In this document: positions 16,371-25,958 of the stretch, in pieces
How the letters are laid out: every line of letters starts with the position of its first letter
Numbering within the stretch: position 1 is the stretch's first letter
DNA from: Candidatus Obscuribacterales bacterium
GTDB taxonomy: Bacteria > Cyanobacteriota > Vampirovibrionia > Obscuribacterales > Obscuribacteraceae
Assembly (NCBI GenBank): GCA_965228855.1
Contig: CBDDIJ010000003.1
Coordinates: forward strand, 2,656,001 to 2,720,000
Direction of reading: 5' to 3'
Length of the DNA: 64,000 bases
Made by a program: the position numbers and the translations under genes
The notes under the pieces: model-generated
Seen by the model: only the letters and a program-made list of their open reading frames with translations
Told to the model about the DNA's origin: nothing
The model's database searches: none

Positions 16371-18808
16371 TAGTTGCCACCAGCCTTAGCGTCTTCCGTG
16401 TTGGTTGTAGTTCCGTCGTTATTAGACATTACTGACCTTTTGTGAGTAGCTAGAGCCCGCGCCAAGTCATCGGCGTAGGTCTTGATTCCTGGCTTCAATG
16501 CACTTGCTATTCTGAATTCGGTGACTGCTTCGCTTATTCTTCCTGCTGCCATCAGGTTGACGGCTAGTCGGTGGTGATTTGAAGCATTCTCCAGGTCTGT
16601 CGCTACCACATCTCTTAAAATTGCCACCGCCGCCATATGATCTTTTCGAGATTCGGCTTGGGTCACTTCGATGAGCTTTGGGTCTTCCTGAGTGGTTGCG
16701 GAACCCGTCCCAGTTGGAACATTTCCATTATCGTTACCGGGAGCCCCGCCGTAAATGGTGGAATCCACCTGTCCAGTGGGAATACTACGTACTCCATTTT
16801 CGGCTCCCATCGGCTGGGCATTTCCGGGTTGAACAGCTACCTGGTTCGGAGCAAAATTTTGTTGAGGTCGAAAACTGGCCGCAGTCGGAGCGACACCACC
16901 GCCAGGAGCTCCCTCGTAAACGCCTTTGTTCATCTGTGGCGGCACGCCGAAGTTGTTGGTCGCCATCTGCGACGCGCCGAAACTTTGCGGTGCAACACCA
17001 CCTTGCGGATTCACTCCAGTGGGCGCCATACCGTTTGGAACCATCCCGTTTGGAACCATACCGTTGGGAGCCACGCCTGTCATCATCGGAGATTGAACTG
17101 GTGCACGGTTCTGCATGTTCATGGGCGAACCCATCTGCATACCGGGTTGGGGCATCCCTTGCGGAGGCATACCCTGTTGCATCTGCTGCGGCATACCCAT
17201 GGGAGCGCCCATATGCATGCCTGGCGCCATGCCCTGCGACATGTTTTGAGGCATGCCCGTTGACATGTTTTGCGGCATTCCTTGTGGCATTTGCTGAGGT
17301 ATATGCTGCGGAGGACGCTGAGTCATTTGCGGCGGCATTGCGGCGCCGCCAGGTTTAGATCCTGAATTCTGCATCTCCTTCATACGGGCTGCAGCTTCTT
17401 TGTTTTTCTCCGGGTCTATCAGAACGCATGTGAGATAAGCCTGGTGTGCGCCTTTGTAATCGCCGACAGCTTCCAGACACTCTCCCAGAAGAAACTGATA
17501 ACGCGCATTGCGAGGCTCAATCATGACAGCCTGAGACACTTCAGCCAGTGCCTCTTTGCGCAGTCCTTGCGAGAACAAAGTCTCGGCGGCTTTCTTATGC
17601 TTCTCCGCTCGGCCGTGTTGATATGATTTTTGCAGACTGGCTCTGCCGTCGGCCAGTCCGGGATGGTTGGCATTTATGACTTCCAGTTTCTTATACTCAG
17701 CTTCGGCACCGGCATAGTCGCCAGTCAACTGGAGAGCGCCTGCGTACCCGAGGTGGAAGTCCGGGTTCAGCGGATTCTTCGCTACTTGCTTGCGCCATAT
17801 CTCAACCAGTTGAGAGCCGGCCAGAGCATCAGTGTCGTCGAGAATGACGGCTTTGCGAAGCAATGCAGCTGCGCCTGTTTCATCTTTCTGGAGTAGCTTC
17901 ATGATGCCGAGCTGACGTTGTGCCGGTCCGTAGTTGGGATCTTTGACTGCCGCCTGCTGGTAGCATTGCAACGCTTGCCCTGTCTGTCCCCAGCGGTACT
18001 GCAAGTCTCCGAATTTCACGTAAACTTTTGCCGACGGGTCAATCTCCATCGCCTGTTTGTACTCGACGTAAGCGCCTTCGAGGTCATTAGCGTTGATGAG
18101 CTGATCGCCTATGCCAAGTCGAGCATCTGCATCGACCGGGTCAATGCCTTGCTTCTCGAGCGCCGAAGAAAGTCCTTTGACCGCCCGAGCGTTGGAATAC
18201 TCAGCGAACAGCGCCTTTCTGTACATGGTTGCGGCGCCTGCCGAATCACCGACCTTCGCTTTGTAGTCGGCGAATGCTGTGCGCGCAGCGCTCAGATTCA
18301 GCTTGTACTGTTTGTTCGTGGGGTCGTACTGCACGGCTTTCTCGTGCATCGCGATGGCGTCGACCCATTTGCCTTGAGAACCAAAAGCGACACCCTGGTT
18401 GTTGAACTCAATGGCATCGGATTTGTATTTCGCATACGTCTCGGTACGCTTCTTGTCGGCTTTTTCACGAGCCGCTTCTGCCTCTTTCTTGGCGAGTTCA
18501 GCGTCTGCAGCCTTTTTGGCTTCGTCTTCTTTCTGCTGTTTCTCGAGATCACGATAATCAGGTCGTCTCTTGAAACGGCTGAGCGCAGGTGCATGGTACT
18601 GCGCGTCGTTTTCAAAATCTTTTTCACCGCGGCTCGACTGAGTGTCAGCGCTGGCGCGCGGTAGCGGTTTTGCGTTTAGCTTCGTAGCACTGGCTGCTTG
18701 AGAGCAAGAGAGTGAGAGAGTTAACGCCAGAAGAACGAGTGTGAGGGGTTTGCTATACATCAACATTGGAAAAAGAACGGGAGGTTTTGAGGGGTAGTTA
18801 GTCGGCAA
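16370..18808 (-). CDS. Secreted TPR-repeat protein with Gln/Met/Pro/Gly-rich low-complexity linker (start probably near ATG 18766)
   Basis: Signal peptide LTLVLLALTLSLSCSQAASA; multiple TPRs (AVQYDPTN, AMEIDPS, VKDPNYG, MIEPRNA); TAA overlaps the ATG of the rpoB paralog (TAATG). Confidence 0.85.
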   Translation of the reverse strand: MPTNYPSKPPVLFPMLMYSKPLTLVLLALTLSLSCSQAASATKLNAKPLPRASADTQSSRGEKDFENDAQYHAPALSRFKRRPDYRDLEKQQKEDEAKKAADAELAKKEAEAAREKADKKRTETYAKYKSDAIEFNNQGVAFGSQGKWVDAIAMHEKAVQYDPTNKQYKLNLSAARTAFADYKAKVGDSAGAATMYRKALFAEYSNARAVKGLSSALEKQGIDPVDADARLGIGDQLINANDLEGAYVEYKQAMEIDPSAKVYVKFGDLQYRWGQTGQALQCYQQAAVKDPNYGPAQRQLGIMKLLQKDETGAAALLRKAVILDDTDALAGSQLVEIWRKQVAKNPLNPDFHLGYAGALQLTGDYAGAEAEYKKLEVINANHPGLADGRASLQKSYQHGRAEKHKKAAETLFSQGLRKEALAEVSQAVMIEPRNARYQFLLGECLEAVGDYKGAHQAYLTCVLIDPEKNKEAAARMKEMQNSGSKPGGAAMPPQMTQRPPQHIPQQMPQGMPQNMSTGMPQNMSQGMAPGMHMGAPMGMPQQMQQGMPPQGMPQPGMQMGSPMNMQNRAPVQSPMMTGVAPNGMVPNGMVPNGMAPTGVNPQGGVAPQSFGASQMATNNFGVPPQMNKGVYEGAPGGGVAPTAASFRPQQNFAPNQVAVQPGNAQPMGAENGVRSIPTGQVDSTIYGGAPGNDNGNVPTGTGSATTQEDPKLIEVTQAESRKDHMAAVAILRDVVATDLENASNHHRLAVNLMAAGRISEAVTEFRIASALKPGIKTYADDLARALATHKRSVMSNNDGTTTNTEDAKAGGN

Positions 18809-19007
18809 ACTCGCAACCTCGCTCGGTTCGCCGAATGTGAGCCCAGCTTAAGGTTATACGACGGCATAGTCCATTGGGGGATATCCCACCCCCTTCGTAA
18901 ATCTCCCACAATTCACATTAAAATTGCGAAGCCGCAACGCAAGTGAATTCCGACAGACGTTTTCAAAACCGAAAAATTTTACGGACGATTCGCCCACCTT
19001 ATAAATG

Positions 19008-20198
19008 TTATTCATCGTCGCTTTCTTCTGAATCATAGTCATCGTCATCTTCACGATAGCCGCCCAGTCCGACGCCGACCAGTTTCGTCTCGCCTTTCAC
19101 CTTCTTGAGCTCTTGTGGCGGATAGCCGCAGTATTCTTCCATGTAGTTGGCGAGGTCAGTTGAATGCGTTGTCAGCCAAATCTGAGTGGTTTCAGAAGCG
19201 GTGGCTAGCAATCTGGCGAGTGGTTCATACAAACTTGGATGAATACTTGTTTCCGGTTCATTTATTGCAAGAAGAGACGGCGGTGTCTTGCTGAAGATAG
19301 CGGCCAGCAAACAGAGATACTGGAGGGTGCCGTCGGAAAGTTCGTGCGCGTCGAGCGGTCGTTCCAGACCGGGCATGGTCATTCGCAATTTCAAGCCCGC
19401 GTTGGATAAACCTATCTGCAAGTCGCTTTCGGGAAACGCATCTTTTAGTGCTTTAAAAAGCTTCGGTGCGTCGCCGTACTCGATGATGGTTGCAAGAGCT
19501 GAAACGAAATCGCTGCCGTCATGCGCCATAATGTCGGTGCGAACGGCAATTTGAGGTCGGCGCAATGGCGAACTCTTGTCTGTTCTGAAGTGATGGTAAA
19601 AACGCCAGTTGAGAAGTTCGAGCCGGAGCATCGACAACTCCGGGAATTTAAGCGGATCTCTGACGCCGGTAAAAATCGACTCGTTGGGCGCGACGCGCAT
19701 CGAGTAATCGCTGTTCTGTTTTTCAACAACATCGCGAACGCTTACCTCCATACCCTTGCGTTTCAAAAGCATTGACTTGGAGCCATTTTTCAAACGAAAC
19801 AGTTTCTCACTTTTAATTTCGACATCATTTCGAAATATCGTGTTGCCGGCGCCGTGAACTAAAACGCGACCCATCTCGGCATAACCCGTTCGATAATCGC
19901 CAGACACGTAGCCACACTCGAGATCGTATTGCAGGTCATCGACCTTTACCGAAAGTGTCATTGAAATTGGGTCTTTCTTGGAATAAGCGCCGCACCACAA
20001 TGACGAGTCCATGCCGCCTTCTTCACCTATAGAGCGTGCAAACTGACCGCTGGCGATGGTCGACATAAGATATAGTGCGCGATAGAGATTGCTTTTGCCG
20101 CAACCGTTCGGTCCGACAAAAACGTTGACTGGATTGAGTTTCAACCAGATGTCTTTGACCGAGCGATAGTGTTTGATTTGAAAATCTTTGAGCGCCAC
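19008..20198 (-). CDS. ABC/SMC-like AAA ATPase (AAA_21/COG4637-like), copy 2
   Basis: Walker A GPNGCGKSN, signature LSDGT, Walker B AINEPETSIHP, H-loop TTHS. Confidence 0.9.
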   Translation of the reverse strand: MALKDFQIKHYRSVKDIWLKLNPVNVFVGPNGCGKSNLYRALYLMSTIASGQFARSIGEEGGMDSSLWCGAYSKKDPISMTLSVKVDDLQYDLECGYVSGDYRTGYAEMGRVLVHGAGNTIFRNDVEIKSEKLFRLKNGSKSMLLKRKGMEVSVRDVVEKQNSDYSMRVAPNESIFTGVRDPLKFPELSMLRLELLNWRFYHHFRTDKSSPLRRPQIAVRTDIMAHDGSDFVSALATIIEYGDAPKLFKALKDAFPESDLQIGLSNAGLKLRMTMPGLERPLDAHELSDGTLQYLCLLAAIFSKTPPSLLAINEPETSIHPSLYEPLARLLATASETTQIWLTTHSTDLANYMEEYCGYPPQELKKVKGETKLVGVGLGGYREDDDDYDSEESDDE

Positions 20199-20201
20199 CG
20201 G

Positions 20202-21401
20202 CTAGTCCTCCGGCTCGTTTTTCTTCAACGCGGCACGATAAGCCCGTACCGCAGCCGCGTCGTCATCCTCGACTTCGGCTCTGGCACTGCGAACCTCTTC
20301 GCCCCTGATCACAGTTTCACCTGCAACTTTTTCCAGCTCGATAATTTTGCAATTGCCCTGCGCCTTAACGTGTTGAGCCAATTCGGAGGAATGAGTTGTG
20401 ATAAGCAGTTGCGAGCGCCTTGATGCTGCAACTATCAATTCAGCAAGCGGCTGAGCGAGGTCCACATGCATGCTGGTCTCCGGTTCGTTGAAAACCATAA
20501 AGGATGCGGGTCTCGGTGTCAGCAATGCAGCAAGCAAACACAGGTATTGCAAAGTTCCATCGGACAATTCCCGAGCGTGAAGAGGACGAGCAAGTCCGGG
20601 ATATTCCATGTATAAGCACAATTCACCATCATCTTCAACGATTGAAACAGACGCACCCGGAAATGCCCGGTCGACAAATTGATCGAACTCTTGCGCACTG
20701 CCTATGGTGCGAATCGTGGCTACCACAGCAGCAAGATCGCTGGCATCATGGCTCAAAATCGGCGTCATCGAGGCGAGTTGGTTTCTCCTCACAGGTGATT
20801 GCAAGTCGGTTCTAAAATCGTGGTAGAAGCGCCAGTCGGCAAAAAGCATGCGAAGAGAAGAGAGCTCAGGAAATTTTTCTGGCTCTCGAAGTTCAGACAA
20901 GACGCTTTCGTTCTTCAACAACTTCACCGGGTAGTCGACAGTACGTCCCTCCAGATTCTTTGCTCGAACAGAATTTCCTTTCCTGCTAAACAGTGCGATT
21001 GGTTTTTCTCCAGTCAACTCAACGGTCTCGACTTTGATATCCGGGTCGTCTTTGAACAGGCGCAGCCCCTCGCCGAATTGACCGTCGCTCGGACGCTCGC
21101 TAATAGCGATTCTTCCAAATTCCATTTCGTATTGGAGCTTATCAAATTTGATCGCGAGACGCGTTCTATGGTCATCTGAAACATGGCGATGTCCCGCCCA
21201 TGAAAGTGAGGGGACGCCCCCTTCCTCGGCGACTCTTCGAGCAAATTGCCCATGAGCAGCGCTTCCTAGAAGTTGAATAGCTTGGTAGATGTTGCTTTTG
21301 CCACAACCGTTCGGCCCGACCAGAATAGTTATGCCGCCGAGTTTCAGTTGAAACTCCCGCAAAGAGCGATAACCGCTGATTTCAATTTCGCGAATTTGCA
21401 T
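20202..21401 (-). CDS. ABC/SMC-like AAA ATPase (AAA_21/COG4637-like), copy 1
   Basis: GPNGCGKSN, WRFYHDFRTD, LSDGTLQYLCLLAA, FNEPETSMH, TTHS. Confidence 0.9.
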   Translation of the reverse strand: MQIREIEISGYRSLREFQLKLGGITILVGPNGCGKSNIYQAIQLLGSAAHGQFARRVAEEGGVPSLSWAGHRHVSDDHRTRLAIKFDKLQYEMEFGRIAISERPSDGQFGEGLRLFKDDPDIKVETVELTGEKPIALFSRKGNSVRAKNLEGRTVDYPVKLLKNESVLSELREPEKFPELSSLRMLFADWRFYHDFRTDLQSPVRRNQLASMTPILSHDASDLAAVVATIRTIGSAQEFDQFVDRAFPGASVSIVEDDGELCLYMEYPGLARPLHARELSDGTLQYLCLLAALLTPRPASFMVFNEPETSMHVDLAQPLAELIVAASRRSQLLITTHSSELAQHVKAQGNCKIIELEKVAGETVIRGEEVRSARAEVEDDDAAAVRAYRAALKKNEPED

Positions 21402-21439
21402 CCAAGATACTCGCAGTTGTCGGCTTTGTGGAACAGAAC

Positions 21440-22870
21440 CTAGGTCCCGTCGTGTTCGGCGGGTCCGGTAATCATGTTGAATCGCGGCGTGTATAGGTGA
21501 TTGTCACTCACGATACACGCGGACAAATTATTATGCACTCCCGGATTGGCTAGAGCCATGAGACCGAACGCGAAAAGCAGGATGGATACAAGCGATACGA
21601 AAGCCTTAAACATTACTCCGATATCACTATAAGTCACAAAGAAAATTGATGCGAAAAAAACAACCATCATCGAACAAGGAATTACTTTCATCAGGTGCCG
21701 AATTGAAGATCGACGAAACGACACGCGCGCGCCGTCAACATCGGTGACTCGAAGCCTGAACACGCTCTTTCCGAGCGTAGACTCCTTAGGCGAGCTCTCC
21801 ATGAGTGCGTGATACATCCAGTTAATCGTCACCACTACTAGTACCGCAAGGGTAAAGCCAAGTTCCGGATTCGACAGAGGCGCAGCCAGAAGGCTGGTTG
21901 AAAACGGCTGAGTCGTAAGTTTCGCAACTATCAGCGGAATGCTCAAGATTGCCAATGCAGGGGCAAAGCAGACGAACAGAGCGTCCAGAAATCCGATACC
22001 GAACGTCGCTAAAATGAGCGGTTGCCATTGACTCATCTCGAACGGCGCGTGCGAAGCGTTTGCACCAGATGCGATATCAATGGCATTGGCTACGACGAAC
22101 AGAAAAAACGCGCTTAAACAGCCTACTACAAAGCCATCGATTACCTGAGCTATTATTCGTTGAGGCGGCCGCGCAGGCAACCACTCGCTCATTTGCGCGC
22201 GGTGAGCCTGCAACTGGAGCGAGGTCATTCGATCCTTTTCGGACATATCGTCCAGACGAAGTTTTTCATAGACCTTGCTACGCTCAGCGAAAAGCTCGAT
22301 CATCTCGGATTTAGATGCCATGCCGATCGCCGTCGTGTAATCGATGATCGCCTTGTCGTCTTGCCCGATCAAATGATAGGCGCGCGCCCTGCGTCGCACT
22401 AGTTCAACTAACAACCCACGATCTAATTTCGGTCCGATGGTTGCAGTGGCAAACTCGATAATCTTGTCGTAGTCGCCCAACTCACGGTAGGCTTCGACGA
22501 GTCGAAAACAATCGTAGTAATACCAGCGCCGAGACGGATCGATTTCGATGGCTCGCTCAATATCGGCGGCCACTCCAGTGAAGTTTCCTAACTCGAAAAA
22601 TGCCCAGGCGCGAAGAGCAAAAGCGCCGGAATCGGCCGGAGCCAGATCGATTTTCGCGCTGCAATCGTCGACGGCACCATCAAGGTCTTCCATGCACAGT
22701 CTTGCGTATGCTCGCAATCCGTAGTTGAACGCTTCGCCAGGGTCCATCTCAATTCCGCGCGTCATGCACTTCTCCGCTTCCTTGAAACGCAAAAGCACGA
22801 CGTTGATCAAACCGCCAACTCCGTATAAGTATGCTCGTAAACTTCGTAACCCCTGCCGCATAAAATCCAC
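21440..22870 (-). CDS. TPR + RDD-family membrane protein
   Basis: N-terminal TPRs; RDD motifs RIIAQVID, TLGKSVFRLRVTDVDGAR..RH, HNNLS. Confidence 0.8.
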   Translation of the reverse strand: MDFMRQGLRSLRAYLYGVGGLINVVLLRFKEAEKCMTRGIEMDPGEAFNYGLRAYARLCMEDLDGAVDDCSAKIDLAPADSGAFALRAWAFFELGNFTGVAADIERAIEIDPSRRWYYYDCFRLVEAYRELGDYDKIIEFATATIGPKLDRGLLVELVRRRARAYHLIGQDDKAIIDYTTAIGMASKSEMIELFAERSKVYEKLRLDDMSEKDRMTSLQLQAHRAQMSEWLPARPPQRIIAQVIDGFVVGCLSAFFLFVVANAIDIASGANASHAPFEMSQWQPLILATFGIGFLDALFVCFAPALAILSIPLIVAKLTTQPFSTSLLAAPLSNPELGFTLAVLVVVTINWMYHALMESSPKESTLGKSVFRLRVTDVDGARVSFRRSSIRHLMKVIPCSMMVVFFASIFFVTYSDIGVMFKAFVSLVSILLFAFGLMALANPGVHNNLSACIVSDNHLYTPRFNMITGPAEHDGT

Positions 22871-23236
22871 AACCGGACATGCCTGCAGTTTATATGCACC
22901 GATCGTCGGCTTGGTTAACCGAGAGGCCAGTCAAGTGCAAAGGTCGAAAGGCGGTCTGCTCACAATTGCAGATGTTTATAGTTTTATCTGCCTGTTAATT
23001 TCGGGAGACTAAGTGGGTATGGCGGAAGAGTGAAATATCATGCGCCTGTTGACGTTCGGGCAACTAACCATTAACCTTGCATAATAAAGCTCTTCTGGTT
23101 AGGGGTTCGCTCTTTTCTCTACCATTGCTAAAATGAAAGCGAACCGGTTGGCAGTTTAACGCTAGTTATCCACTTCAACTCCAATCGTATATAACTTAGT
23201 ACGGAACGGCACTTTAGAAAAAAATCGGAGAGGGCT

Positions 23237-24100
23237 TTGGACCCAGGATTACAACCAATGTCAAGCGGACCACCTCAGAGACCTCCTTCAGTCTTTAGAC
23301 CACGAACGGTCCTGTGTGAGCGGCACGAACTCATCCGATTCGGCTTGAGACGCGTGGTATCAGAAGTAGTTGAGATCGTCGGTGAAGCATCGGACGGAAT
23401 GGCCGCGACAGAACTGATTCGTCGCATGCGCCCGGATTTCATCATAATGGACGTCGACCTCGACGTTCTCAACGGCGTAGAAGTCTGCCGCAGAGTAGCG
23501 CAAGAATTGCCGAACTCACACGTCCTGGTTCTCACAGATTCGTATCACGCCACCAAGTATCACAACCAGCTGATTCGCGCAGGCTCGCGGGGATTCTGCC
23601 TTAAGAGTTCAGGTCCGAGAACCTTGTTCGAAGCGATTGAACAGGTCACGCGCGGATTGCCCTACTGTGATCCCAAGATTACGCAACTGGTCAAGCAACA
23701 ACCGACGACCAGTATGCCGAACAGCAATCTCACCGATCGCGAAATCGAAGTTCTCATTCGTCTTGACTTGAGAAACAAGGAAATTGCAGAGGAGCTTGAC
23801 ATGAAGCTCCGCACTGTAGAAAAACACATCGAGTGCATCCTGGCAAAGCTCAAGGTTCCGACTAGAACGGCAGCAGCACTTAAAGCCGTGCAATTGGGAT
23901 ACGTTCTATTACCCAAGATGCCGGGTCGCGATCCGGTCACAGGCATCAGCCACGAGCAAACAGTGGCAGAGCTGCAAGCGGAGCTGGCAATTGCCAACGA
24001 GCACCTGAAGGCACTCTTGAGACAGAATGAACTTCTGAAAGAAGCTTTGAACGACAAATTAAGACGTCCTCAGCAGCCACCGCGACCGGAAAACGAGTAA
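23237..24100 (+). CDS. NarL/LuxR-family response regulator with C-terminal coiled coil
   Basis: REC (IIMDVDL, GFCLK), LuxR HTH (LTDREIEVL..NKEIAEEL..RTVEKHI..KL), heptad tail. Confidence 0.9.
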   Translation: MDPGLQPMSSGPPQRPPSVFRPRTVLCERHELIRFGLRRVVSEVVEIVGEASDGMAATELIRRMRPDFIIMDVDLDVLNGVEVCRRVAQELPNSHVLVLTDSYHATKYHNQLIRAGSRGFCLKSSGPRTLFEAIEQVTRGLPYCDPKITQLVKQQPTTSMPNSNLTDREIEVLIRLDLRNKEIAEELDMKLRTVEKHIECILAKLKVPTRTAAALKAVQLGYVLLPKMPGRDPVTGISHEQTVAELQAELAIANEHLKALLRQNELLKEALNDKLRRPQQPPRPENE

Positions 24101-24150
24101 GTTCGTTTAAGTCGGAATGAAACGCTTCAGTCAGACTCACTCATCACGTT

Positions 24151-24642
24151 TCATTCGCACTCGCTCAGAAGCGCCTGTTGTTGGCGCTCTATCTCAGCGC
24201 TCATTTCTTCGGATACGAGCATGTCGTTCATTGAATATCCATCAACTTGCCCACTCACCTCGTAATCGATCAAATTGACCATGTTCAAACCGATTGCACT
24301 GATATAAGCCGGATTTGAAGTTTTTCGATAATCGATATAGTGTGCAAGAGCGCACATGAACTCCATCAGACTGGGGATGTAGCGAATTTTTCGAGTTGGG
24401 TCCCGATAGAGTAAACCGTCAAGCTCTTCCAGCTGCTCATCCAGCTGATCGGTGTCTTCATCCAGGCTATCGAGGATGTGCAAAACCAGCTCGCGCTCTT
24501 GCTCTGTGCATTCGTTCTGGATCGCACCTCTCGCCTCGAGGTGCAGACCGCGAAGCGTATTTAAAGCGAACTGAGAACGCGCCTCAGCGGAAGCAGCTTC
24601 CGCAGCTTGTTTTATCCACTCTTCGTACTCGGTGTAATTCAT
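24151..24642 (-). CDS. Acidic helical hypothetical protein (weak immunity-protein/DUF416-like look)
   Basis: Open frame from ATG 24642 (MNYTEYEEW); Glu-rich helices ending EIERQQ. Confidence 0.55.
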   Translation of the reverse strand: MNYTEYEEWIKQAAEAASAEARSQFALNTLRGLHLEARGAIQNECTEQERELVLHILDSLDEDTDQLDEQLEELDGLLYRDPTRKIRYIPSLMEFMCALAHYIDYRKTSNPAYISAIGLNMVNLIDYEVSGQVDGYSMNDMLVSEEMSAEIERQQQALLSECE

Positions 24643-24861
24643 TACTTTCAGACAACGGAAACGCACTCAAGACGCCGCAGATTCGTGAACTTCTGGTTTT
24701 CTTTGTACCGTTTCATCGCGTTGTTTAAACGGATAAGCCCGCAGGGTCCGGTAATTCGCGCTTGCAAGTCTCCTGGCGCAGACAGGCTTAAACAAACCCC
24801 CTTTGCGCCTACTGACATTTCTGATAAGCTCACGGGCTTTGCTCTATACCGGTCAACTCCC

Positions 24862-25821
24862 GTGCAAAACCCAGCAGAGAAAACTTTTGTCGCAATCGCT
24901 CTCGCCATGACTCTGGCGATGACACCACTTGCGGTGCAGGCTCACGCCACCGACTCCGGTTCGGACAAAAACACCGCAGCGCAGGCGAAGAAGAAAGAAA
25001 CTCCGCCATTTCCGATTGGAAACAAAGTAAGTCGCACGGTTCAAACCGTGACCGGTGTCAACTGGCTAACCGGCGTCGTTGCGGGCAAAGTGGCTGGGGC
25101 TGTAATTCGCCATAAAGTCGGCGGCAAAGTGAAAGTCAAAGTGAAGACGTATTCGTTCACTGACCTGTGTGCCGGAAAGATCAAAGCGGTCGATGTGAAA
25201 CTCGCAAACCCGCAGGTGGAAGGCATAGAGCTGGGCAACATAGATGTCTCGGCACAAAATCCCGTATGGTTCAGCCCCTGGAAGGGGAAGAACAAAAAGC
25301 GAGGTTTGAATAATCCGGTCAACATTGTCGTAAAAGGTGATCTAAGCCAAGATGAAGTGGCCAAGGCACTTGCGAGTCAGGAAATTACAAAGGCTATTCG
25401 AGGTTTCAAACTCGATCTGCCAGGTCTGGGCGACCAGGAGTTGGAAGTTTTAGATCCGAAAGTAGACATCGAAAATCGAGTAGTAAAAATCAACGGGACT
25501 CTCGTAACACGAGGCGCAAACAAAGACACCGGGGTTCCGATAACAATTTCGGCGACTCCAAAGCTGGTGGCAAACAACGAAGTATTTCTGGAGAACATGA
25601 AGGTCGATTCGCCTTACATAGTCGAGCCGGAAAAATTCGCACAGTTTATGTCAGACCTGCTCAATCCTATCGTCCGCTTCTCTAGATACGATCGGAAAAC
25701 CCATGCCTTCAGGCTCTTTGCGCTCAACGTCGAAGACGACGTCGTTAAGGGCGAAGGAAATCTGTTACTGGTACCCAAAGACTATAAGCCACAAGTGGCA
25801 AAGACGGCGCCGTCGCTGTAG
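24862..25821 (+). CDS. DUF2993/LmeA-like secreted protein (start uncertain; ORF opens at 24607)
   Basis: Signal peptide FVAIALAMTLAMTPLAVQA; KVKVK..S..DL..GKI..V.V pattern of DUF2993. Confidence 0.65.
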   Translation: MQNPAEKTFVAIALAMTLAMTPLAVQAHATDSGSDKNTAAQAKKKETPPFPIGNKVSRTVQTVTGVNWLTGVVAGKVAGAVIRHKVGGKVKVKVKTYSFTDLCAGKIKAVDVKLANPQVEGIELGNIDVSAQNPVWFSPWKGKNKKRGLNNPVNIVVKGDLSQDEVAKALASQEITKAIRGFKLDLPGLGDQELEVLDPKVDIENRVVKINGTLVTRGANKDTGVPITISATPKLVANNEVFLENMKVDSPYIVEPEKFAQFMSDLLNPIVRFSRYDRKTHAFRLFALNVEDDVVKGEGNLLLVPKDYKPQVAKTAPSL

Positions 25822-25958
25822 TCTTGAAGCGTTAGATAACAGCCGGTTAAATCGAGTTGCCAAGACAAACAAGATTCGATAAATAGGCTACAGAAAGCAG
25901 ATATGATGAGTTCATGCATCATCTGGTTGGATTATTGAACTAGAAACTGGAGCAACAG

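Noticed and set aside
12724..16373. Long plus-strand ORFs antisense to the rpoB paralog (and similar shadows over other genes)
   Set aside because: They are antisense shadows of well-supported genes with no recognisable motifs.
8139..18808. Prophage or integrated mobile element boundaries
   Set aside because: No integrase, transposase, phage structural genes, att-like flanking repeats or obvious compositional shift were seen.
19008..21401. Named anti-phage system (Gabija/PARIS/Septu-like)
   Set aside because: No TOPRIM, HNH or helicase partner is adjacent.
23166..23174. DnaA box / origin (TTATCCACT)
   Set aside because: A single imperfect box with no cluster and no dnaA context.
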